From Ruditapes philippinarum (lineage: Eukaryota): DNA of 64,000 nucleotides. Shown in pieces: positions 36,999 to 48,100 of this stretch; within the stretch, counting starts at the first letter, position 1, and every line of letters begins with the position of its first letter. The translations under genes were made by a program, and so were the position numbers. The notes under the pieces are model-generated. The model was not told the origin of the DNA and searched no databases. It saw nothing but the letters and a program-made list of their open reading frames with translations. Location: positions 558,001 to 622,000 of the forward strand of contig NW_026852998.1 in the NCBI RefSeq assembly GCF_026571515.1, written 5' to 3'.

Positions 36999-37090
36999 CT
37001 ACACTACTCTACACTGAGCTACAGTACTCCAGCTGTGGGCAAACACATCTGTGGTGTTTCTAAATTCAAAATTACGCCATTTACGTGTTC
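36999..37090 (-). promoter_or_regulatory. Candidate non-coding leader exon / promoter for the NHL-like locus
   Basis: YY1-type AAATGGCG at 37082-37075 followed by donor TAG|GTAAAT at 36999/36998 on the minus strand. Motif-only evidence. Confidence 0.35.
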
Positions 37091-37829
37091 AAATGTTGAA
37101 TTCTTAAAGCCGGTGCTAGAGGGCGTGAAAGTAACTTGAACTTTCCATTACCGTCCATGAACAGGCTCAACCAAACCAAGCCTGCAACTTTTTCAATTTT
37201 GTCGTTTTGTGCGTTCTTGTGTGATTCTGTTTTTATCTGTTTTGAAGATATTTTTCTTGGGATGATTTGTTTTATAAAATTAAACAGTTTTGGTAAATGT
37301 CGTTACAAACGATATATGGAGAGCCTTAAACTTAAAGAAAGAATTTCTATCTGTAATTATGAAAAACAGTGTTCAACAACAAAAACAAGACGAATAACAC
37401 TGTAGAAAAGATCACAGTCACAATAAGAGCAGCCGCGGATAGGTTTTCTTTTGTCCCGAGCAAGTGTAGGCATCGGACTCACTCCCTCCTTCCTCAGTTA
37501 CTCGTACATGTACTTATATTGCGTCATACGAATGAGAATTAAAGCTTTACATGTTTACATTTGTAGAGAGTCTTCGGTAAAAACTGAAACTGTGTCTTAA
37601 AGAATGATATATTAAACTCAAGTATAGTCGTGTTCTCTTTTTATAGAAAGGAATATTTATCATAGGCATAAAAAATACAGATATCTGAAGATTTTTCAAG
37701 ATTTTACAGTATACCTTAATTGCAAAGAAATCTTTTTCATGACTTTCTTATAGATCTACTTCCACATAATAAAACGGAAATGAGTGTATTACCTCAAATG
37801 GGCGTGCTGCCTAATGTTACCCTTTTTAA

Positions 37830-38725
37830 ACTTTAAGTAGTACAAAACAAAGTTGTTCGTTATATTCATGGTTATTCCTCTAGAAAATCATTGAAAGTTA
37901 TTGATTTTAGCAGTATTGGGTGGCTTAATATAGAAAATAGAGTCATACAGTTAAGACTCAATCATGTACACAAAATATTTAATAAAAAGTGTCCATCTTA
38001 TATGTATGATAACTTTTCTTTAAAGTCTGTTCATTGTTATAATAGTAGAAACAGTGTAGGGAACTTTCATATACCCCATGTTAATAGTTTTACAAAAAGT
38101 ACATTTTTTACCAGGGTATTAGGGATTGGAACATGCTCCCACTTGATATTAAAAAGGAAAGTAACTTTTTTAACTTTAAAAAGAAAGTAAAAGCTGAACT
38201 AAGCAAAAATATGAAACAATTTGAACAAGCTGATTTTATTTTGATAAGTTTTAGAGATAATTGTTTTAATCAATATAGTACATGTTTTATATAAATGTAT
38301 CTTGTGATTGGTTTTGTGATATATATAAATAGATATCTTTCATTGGTGTGATAACTAGTCATATTCATAGTATTATTCCTGCAAATATGTGATATATGTA
38401 ATTAACATAATGTGCAATAGAAAATAATATTATTTGATATCAGTCCAGTAAATCATCTCTAAGTATGGACCTGAATGCCATTTCTCAAGAAAATATATTC
38501 TTTACCATCAAAGGACCCCATTGGAAATAAGTTCTCTATTTTATATCGAACTTTCATGGGTTATCCTGTGTTGTATATATTGTCTTGAAGTCAACAAGAT
38601 CTTGATTTAATTATGAATGTAAAGTTATTATTTTTCAATTTAATTACTGTGTTAAAAACAATGTGATAGATATATCTGTGATAAATTGTCTAAATTTGTT
38701 TTGTAATATGACATATATATACACA

Positions 38726-38763
<38 letters not shown>
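37830..38763 (+). mobile_element. L2/Crack-clade LINE, 5'-truncated
   Basis: VVQNKVVRYI...IGWLNIENRV...KIFNKKCPSYM...HCYNSR, then after a frameshift GIRDWNMLP..IK...FKKKVK; 3' UTR; (AATC)n tail at 38727-38763. Confidence 0.82.
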
Positions 38764-39069
38764 CCCTTACAGTACAGAATAGAATAGAACAAAACTATGA
38801 TACTTACGATACTTATGACGATCTTGGAGTAGATGAAGGCTAGTTTCCACCAGCCTTAAACTCTTTCATGAAGAATTGGTTTTATCTGATGGTTTTCGGT
38901 ATCAATATAAATATAACTCACTAAGGTCATTCCTATCTCGGTACCACAATTTGTCCAATTTATTTGACGTGACGGATTTTTATAGTGGTGTTCATCTATT
39001 AAAGTGAAATCGAATATCAGTACTTAACCACTCATTTTGCGAATTTAATTATTATGCTAATTTCGCAGA

Positions 39070-39112
39070 AACACCGTTTCCGGGTATTTACTTCCGGGTT
39101 TAACATGGCGCA
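39070..39112 (+). promoter_or_regulatory. Probable core promoter of the SCI1-like gene (tandem ETS-type sites + YY1-type site)
   Basis: TTTCCGGG / ACTTCCGGG / AACATGGCG cluster 50-90 bp upstream of the ATG at 39162. Confidence 0.55.
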
Positions 39113-39161
39113 AAATTTGATTTGAGTTGAATCAACCGACTTGCTTTTTATTTGATTCAAA

Positions 39162-42100
39162 ATGGATCTATTCAGGTATTTTTACAAATAAAAAATTGTT
39201 TAACATAATACATGATTTTCAAATTTACCCAAAAAGACATTTTGCATAACTTTACTCTCTCCTGGTTAAAAAAATATCTGATTATCCATTTTCTCCTGTT
39301 CTCATCATGCTTGTACTGTACATGTTGTAGATTCGTGTCTCTTATTTTGAAATATCGCATATGTGCCAACAATTAATATGAAAAAGGCAAAGCCTCAAAG
39401 CGAGCTCGATTTATTTTTTACCTTGAAAAAGAATGCAATAATCGTTCATTTTTATTTTACATTTTCCGTTTTAAAATTGTCATTTGGTATTTTATACACT
39501 ACTTCCGTTTATTTTGGTTCCCTGTCCCTCTATGGTGAAAATGTAAGTGCACAGGACACCAGTCTACGCTTCCGTTTTCAACCAGAATACATTGGTTTTT
39601 ATCGTTATCTTGTAATTCGAAAAGTTGCGATTTGTCGATTCAGAATTTCAGTACTTCGGACGAAAGTTTTCAAAACCATCATCTAGCAGGTACTCGCTTT
39701 ACCGTAAAGCTCACTTTGCGAGCAGGCCCTTTGGGCCAGCTCGTCGAGCTCGCTACTAAACTGAAATTAATATGAAAAAGGCAAAACCTCAAGGCAAGCT
39801 CTATTTTCTTTACCGTGAAATAGTAATATGAAAAAGGCAAAGCCTCAAAGCAAGCTCGATGTACTTTTAACGTGAAATAGTATGAAATAATCGCTCATTT
39901 TTATTGGATTTAACTCAATACAGGATTGGAGCAGTACCTGTAGACGCTTGCAGAAATCATAATCACAAATTGAAAATAGACAAATATCGTTTTTTTTCGC
40001 CGATTTTTACATTTTTCATTCATTATCTGACATAAATCGGTGTGAAAAGATGAATTAGACGTTATAAAGTTCATTCCGCTGGGTCGAAAAGCAAGATTTT
40101 AGCATTTTATAGTTCAAGCGCCTTGTCCGGTATATACCGGAATACGGTATTTAGTGTGGTGCTCCAATCCTTTTTTTAGTCACACTCATTTTTATTCCGA
40201 GTGCGTGTGACGTCACAAGTACTGTGTTAAATATGGCTATATATATTCACTCTATAATTTTCAAGCGAAATAAAGATTATTAAAAGTGAAATAAATGTAA
40301 AACTTTACACGTTTGCGACATTAAAATAGCGAACTTGATTTGATTGTTTTGCACGTGCTGTTTGGCGCTACATTGTGACGTCACGTAAACAATACTTTAA
40401 ACGTCTGTACAGCGTTAAGACTGAATAAAAGATATTGGTGTTCGGATAAATTTTCTTAGTTCGGCCATTTTCGTTCATTCACAACAAAATTTGACCAAAA
40501 AATGTTTTTATTTATCAGATTTTTCAAACAAAATGGCGCCTTCAATGTGAAAGCTTCCGTTATTCTGGTTCCCTGTCCAATTATGGTTCCCATAGACGTA
40601 CGCGGGTGACCAGTCTACACATCCGTTTTCAGTCAGAATTCCTCAGTTTTTATCGTTATCTTTAAATTCGAAAAGTTGCGAAAGTTTTCAAAACCATCAC
40701 TTTGCAGGTACTCGCGTTACCGTAAAGCTCGCTTTGCGAGCAGGCCCTTTGGGCCAGCTCGTCGAGCTCGCTATTAAAAAACTATCGTTCATTGTTATGG
40801 CTAGCTACTTCTTTTAAACTTTGTTTATTACGCATAATACATGTATATGACATAAACAGAAAGAAAAATATTTGGTTGCTGTCACTTTTGTGAGAATTAT
40901 TTCCCCTTTTTCATGTTTATACAACACATAAATTAAGATGTATATATATTATATTTTGCTTTCAGATTTAAATTTTCACTATCAACACTTACCGGTATGA
41001 AAATTTATAAAACATGGATCAATTTTATAATTCTTTATGTTTTTTAATATAAAAATTCCTCATAAGCTGTTATTTCAATGATCCGGGTTAAACTTAGTTT
41101 GATGCTTAGTTTGCTATTAGTTACTTGCCCCTTCACTGCTTTAAAATGTTGCCAAATAATATCAATGCAGGTAAATACTGAATAGGTCATTTTAGCAACC
41201 TCTCAGGAACAAATGTACAAAATGTATTACATATTTTCGGTTTATTTATATTATGTTGTAATAGATCAAAAGTTTTCATCAGTTTAGTTCAATTTTGTTG
41301 TTGTTTATTTCCATTATAGATCTAAGAAGCGAGATGTTAATCAGGCATCTTTAGAGGATGATGTGGGCCTCCAGAAAAAGCACCATGGTTTGTCAGGATC
41401 ACTAGATGATCTATTAGATATTGGAAAGGATGATGATGATGTCCTTGGTACAGCCTCAGAGAATACAGCCTCAGAATCAGGTAGATTTAATATTACTTAT
41501 ACCATTTCTTATTTCACATAGTTCTGAATGTTTTTGTGTTGTCAGATTCAATAAGTAAATTTTTAGTTATTACTACATGTATATTAGTTTATAAGAATTT
41601 AAGTTTGATTGTTTTAGAGGCCAGTAGCTTATTTAAACACTCTTGAATCCATTTCTGGAACTAACCAGTCCTAAGCATAAGGTGTAAAATCTATTGCTCA
41701 CAGAAACAAGGACTTGCCCCTGATAGGGTATGAATCCATGCAGCCAGCAATCCTTAGATTTCTTGTCCGAATCATTAACTGCTTGGCCACGCAGCCACTC
41801 TGAAAGTTATTGACAAGTCATATTTAAATTTAGAATGCCATGCTGTTTATTTTATTCTTTCAGTTTCAAATGAGGAAAACTTCATTTCAATCTGTATTTA
41901 TGAGGTGGCTGTAAAGTATAGTTAATATAAGTTAGTATCTATAGTTGTATGCATGATGCATACTATGTGTAGACTTTGTTTATGATAAACAGAATTTGAA
42001 TGCATAACATTTCATGTGAAGAAATTAATTCATTTAAGATTTTAAACTTTAAAAGGAGTATTGTTAAGATTTTGTTCTTATATTGATTTATAGATGATGA

Positions 42101-45100
42101 TGATAATGATATTAATAAAGCAAGTAAAAAACAAAAGGCTTTTGCCAAAATTTCAATCAAGCGGGCCAAGCAGAAAGAGAAGGAGCAGAGGAAAAAGACT
42201 GAGAAAAGTAATCTTTAATGTCACTTATTTCATATTTTGATTTAGTTCAGTATTAAGTGTATAAAGCTATATTCCCTGCTGCCTGGCAGCAGTTTACAAG
42301 ATTTATGTTTGAGTTTTGAAAAAAAAAGAGTTACTCCAAAATATTTGTATGACAGATATACATTTTGTATGCTTGTATAGATATATTTTTATATTTCCTA
42401 ATGTGCATGAAGTCTTTGCTAAATGGTTAAAACCCTACTTAAAATATCTGCATAATATTTTGTTCCAGAACATTTTATTCTGTTTATGTGCAGTATTCAT
42501 GTTTGTTAATTTAAATAACTGAAACTTTCTATGATACAACTCTTCAGATAATCAACATATTACCAAGCTCTACGTATCGGTTGTAATTTTATGTGACTAA
42601 ATATACAAATTTCAATTGTCTAAAATTGATGTTATATCATCAGTTTTATTAATATTATTAATATTTATAAGATAATTATGCCATAAGTTGTTATAATATA
42701 TTTAATGCATTTCAGATTTAATATCTATGGAAGATTTCCTTGGTAAACAGACAGAATTCAAGATGTGGCTTTATGAAGAGGTATAAATGAATTATCAACC
42801 ACAATTTATATAAAAAATACTTATTTAGTTTCTGGATAATGCAAAGGCTGTCACACTTTGGTTAAGGTATGCATGCAAGTTGGTATCTCCAAAACAACTG
42901 GAACTTCACACACTTAGATAATAGGATGTCACTGTTCAAGGTACATAACTCAGTTAGTAACTCTTGCATGGATTTTGACAGAGGTATGACCCTTTGTCAA
43001 CTTAGAAAATTCTTCATCAACAAGGCTCTTGTTTAACTATCTAGTACTGGAATAGTCAAGCACTTTGTTCTACTGACAGTACTTGTTCTTAATATGAATC
43101 ATTCTTTGAGTCTCATCACCAATGATATGGATATGTTTCTCCACCCCCCCCCCCAAAAAAACTTACAGGCTCTTTACTGTACCAGACACATGTATATTGT
43201 TCTGTAGTTGTTTTTTAAATTGAATTTTCTAGCCTGCTTAATGCTATGATAAATGAAGTTGACAACCTTTGTCCATTTTATAGAATAAGAGGTAAACTAG
43301 CATAATTTAGTAAACTTAAATGTTAGTTAATAGATATATTTAAACTCTTACTCAGCTGCAACCAAGAGTGAGTAGCATTTGCTTCCACCGTAAAACTTGG
43401 TCAGGATGCACATCCATACAGTCTGGCCAAGCTCCATACTGTTTGTTTATCATCTTTAAATTTCCCTAACTATATAATGGAAAGTTTGAAGAAAAGGAAC
43501 TGGACAAGTTCATTTTATGAAATTCACCAGACTAAATAGTAATTAAATGATATGTTAAATTATATTGTACAGAAAAGCAAGAATGCTGGAGAAATGTCAT
43601 CACCAAAATTGAAAGCTCATTTTAAACAGTTTGTGAGATTATGGAACAAGAAGAAACTGGCAACAGTAAGTACTTAAAAAGCAGCCTTCATCTTTTCTAA
43701 AGGTGAAATATCGATTCATATAATTATCAGATCAAAAGAATTAAGGTGGAAAATGAAGTTTACAGACAACAAAATACATAAACAATATGTAAACCCCTTG
43801 ATACCTCTAATCTAACGGTTCGCTCTCTAACTTTAAATGAGTAAAGGGCCTGGGGACGATTAGTTTCCCAATCTTCTGATTTTAAAAACGACCTCACATA
43901 CATATGCATTATAAATAGCTCTCCGGATGCTGTTTTGAAGAAGGCTTAACAGTGATATGATGCACATTTCCATTATTAAATTACTGAAATAATTAGTTGG
44001 AAACAACACAAAATTGTTTTTCCAACAGAAAATTAAAGCTGAAGGCCGCTTTAATATCTTTTGACAAGAGCTATTAGTAGATACATGGAAATCTTTGTAT
44101 AGCAACATCGTTTGGTAGACAGAAATGTTGGTTGCTGCTGAGAGTTGTTGATCGACAGATGTCAAAACTATATTGTTAAGTCTTACTTTGGGTAAAAACG
44201 ATACTGTTTTAACTTTTTGTACAGAGGTGACTGGTCTATAGAGGGTCGCTCTGCAAATCTTAAGCTGTACTTGAATGCAAAAATAATATCATAAATATGA
44301 CAGGCTTTTAAAAGTCAGCCAATCAATCAAATAGACCAGTTAGGCTGTCAAAGTCAGGGTGTTTATTTGACCTGAGACCTTGAGGCTTCAGTGGCTGAGT
44401 GGATCTAGGTTAACTTCAATCGACTTTCCTGTCATCGCTGTAGGTTCGAGCCGCACAAGCCTTGTCGAGATTCTGCATGTGAGAAAGTTAGTTTACAGAA
44501 CGTCAGTGGTTCTACTCAGGTGCCTGTTTGTGCCTGAAATAATGTACAGAGGGACACCTGAGCACTGACTTGACACAGGGTGTATCACATAGTGAAGGTT
44601 ACAGTATTTTTATATGAAACCAGAACTATATTTATTCTGAATTAATTTTTATGCAATTTCTCATAAATTTTGTAACTTAATGAAACGCCTTTAAACTAAA
44701 AAAGGACCATCAAAATTATATGCTTTCTACATGTATTTATAGAAATATTACCGATGTTCAACTTTGCCAGAGAGTCCTGCTCCTCTGACACCTCAGAAGT
44801 TTAACTTTCTGTCAGATGAAGTAACTGAAGGAGGGAGTCCTCTCTTCCATGATCAGGACAGTGAAGCTCCTGAAAAAGATGTTCTAGCATCGCCATTTGT
44901 CACATTTGGCAAGACACCACCAAAGGTGTTCAGATCAAAGAAATTTCAGTTTTTTGGTTCTTCTGGGTCATCTAAGGAAGTTGCACTTGTAAGTTTTTTC
45001 ATCAGATTTTGTTCTTAAAAGTTTTCTCTAAGCATTTTAGACACATTGTTTAACAGTAAATGGTTTAAGCCAGCAAATTTGTCTTCTTTATTTTAACTTT

Positions 45101-48100
45101 TGAACTGCTTATTTGTGATACTTGATTCCAATGTTTTAAGATAGACAACATGCAAACCTGGCATTTCAGGCTCCCTGATTTAAGGTCAAGGTCACAGTAA
45201 GAGGTCCTTGGTTCAACCTAGAATTTCTTGTTTGTCTTGTAACTTTTGAGCTGCTTAACAGATATTAATATTACATGGGTCAAATGTTTAACTCTGAGAC
45301 AATTTATAAACTCCACCTGATTGTTATTAACTTTCTTGTCCAATCAAACTTTTGAACTACTTAAAGGATGTTGATGATACTTTGGCAGAGCAAGCATTTG
45401 AGGCACCACATTATCATAATAAGGTCAAGGTCTTAGTTTATAGTCAAATATTTTAGTCATTTATTTTGTATCCACCCTTCGTCTCTCAAACTGTTATTAT
45501 TAATTTATATTCTTAGTTTAAATTTCATTGAGACAGAAAAAGCATTTTCTATGATATGTTTCAGGTGGGGTTCTATCTCACTTGAAATATTACTTTTTAA
45601 CCAGGTTTTCAACGAAAACCGGGTTATTGTAATGCCGAAGTCGGCGGGCGTCAACTTTTGGTTTCCGCTCAATAACTTTAGTTTGCTTTGGCCTATTGAC
45701 ACCAAACTTGGTGTGTAGGTAGCTTATATCAAGAGGCAGCTTGGGATTGCTACCCAGGTGTCTGTGATCAAGGTCAAGGTCACTGTTACTAAAAATAGAA
45801 ATTCAGTTTCCGCTCAATAACTTGAGTTTGCTTTGGCCTATTGACACCAAACTTGGTGTATGGATAGCTTATATCAAGAGGCAGCTTGGGATTGCTACCC
45901 AGGTGTCTGTGATCTAGGTCAAGGTCACTGTTACTAAAAATAGAAATTCAGTTTCCGCTCAATAACTTGAGTTTGCTTTGACCTATTGACACCAAACTTG
46001 GTGTATGGATAGCTTATATCAAGAGGCAGCTTGGGATTGCTACCCAGGTGTCTGTGATCTAGGTCAAGGTCACTGTTACTAAAAATAGAAATTCAGTTTC
46101 CGCTCAATAACTTGAGTTTGCTTTGGCCTATTGACACCAAACTTGGTGTATGGATAGCTTATATCAAGAGGCAGCTTGGGATTGCTACCCAGGTGTCTGT
46201 GATCAAGGTCAAGGTCACTGTTACTAAAAATAGAAATTCAGTTTCCGCTCAATAACTTGAGTTTGCTTTGGCCTATTGACACCAAACTTGGTGTATGGAT
46301 AGCTTATATCAAGAGGCAGCTTGGGATTGCTACCCAGGTGTCTTTGATCAAGGTCAAGGTCACTGTGACTAAAAATAGAAATTCAGTTTCTGCTCAATAA
46401 CTTGAGTTTGCTTTGGCCTATTGACACCAAACTAGATGAATGGGTAGCTTATATCAAGAGGCAGCTTGGGATTGCTACCCAAGTGTCTGTGATCAAGGTT
46501 AATGCATTTAGTTTTCATGTTGTAACTTGAGTTTGCTTTGACCTTTTGACACCGAACTTGCTGAGTGGCAGCTTTGGATTGCCACTCAGATATCTGGGAG
46601 CAAGGTCAAGGTAATTTGCTTACAATAGAATTTTCAGTATCTACTCAATAACTTCAGTGCATTTTGACCTATTGATTGCTGTCACATCAAAACTAGGTCG
46701 TTGAAAACCTGGTTTTCGTCGCATTGCGGCGCTTCTTGTATCCCATTAAATTTTCATTCTAACATATACTGGCCTATATTGGGTGTGTTAGTTTGATATG
46801 TTTATTTTGTTATCATTGTAATGTTAATTTGCTTAGAGCTGTCATTGATAGAGACAATATCGATGTATCGTTCATATTTTTCTGCCAATCAATAATCGAT
46901 ACACATTTGAAGAAAACGATAAATATTATTATTTAAATATTTATTAATTATGAAAATGCGATCAAAACATATACAAAAACAGATGACTATGTCTAACACT
47001 AAGTTGTATTTACATTATGGACGTATTTTATATTGTAATGACAAAATATGATCAGAAAAAAATCATGCAGAGGACACCTATAAACAAGGCACAACATATT
47101 TGTATGAACAGAACATGTATTTTACTAAAATCATTTAAAGGGGTATAAAAATGAATTATATACAAGAAATTAGGAGTCAGTAGTTATTTATATATTGGTG
47201 TATCACTGATATTTGTATTTCAATATCGATGTACGGTCAATATGCTTTGCACTGAATCAATGACAGCTCTAATTTTGTTATCATATGTTATGTTTATTTT
47301 GTTATGTTTTGTTTATTTTTTGTTTTAGTTATCTGTTGCGCCCATAGGTTCCCCACAAGTTGTACAAATGGAAAAAGAAAATATTTCTAAAGAACAGGTA
47401 TATGTAGTTTAAATTTTAATGCTTTTACTTTGTTCAGAAATCTCCTTATTTAGAAAAGAAGAATGACTTTTTATGCCATTACTTGATTTTGTTATCATAA
47501 AAAGGGGACAGTACTCCATGGATTACCTTGAACTTGTTTGTGGTTTATTTGATTTATTTTATTTTAGACTTTAATGTGCAAAAGACAGTTGAATAGTTTG
47601 TTTACTGGTTCTGTTTATATTGCAAATACACTTAGGAAGTTAAAACTTTACAAAATTAAGCAAATAATTGTGGAAAAAAGTCTGGCAAGACTACTATTTA
47701 GAATTTAACATTTTAAAGTTTAAATCTTAACTAAATTTCAGGCTTTAAAGTTTATTGATATGGGTTTAGAAGAAAGTTTCTTAAAATGAATTTTGTGTGA
47801 TTACATACAGCCATATTCATCCTTCTTGTTTTATGTTGATATTTTTCTTATTTCCTCTAAAGATATCACCTTGTCCATCCTTAAGTCTGTCGAAAATGGG
47901 GTCATATCATAACTTTTGTTGTTCTTTTATCATAAGACAATATTGTGCGTGCAAGATTGAGTTCCTTGAATGTTCACAGACACAGGCTGAGTCAATCAAC
48001 CTAAAATGGATTTTATTTTTCGGTATGGTCGATGACTTTGTGATGTTAAAATGACTTGGCACAGTCAAGTGTACTGCATGTAAGATCAGGGTGGACAAGG

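Noticed and set aside
43800-44250. GC-richer intronic segment possibly bounded by TIRs; ORF 43860-44165
   Set aside because: No convincing TIR/TSD pair or protein similarity; probably a repeat fragment, but not supportable from the sequence alone.
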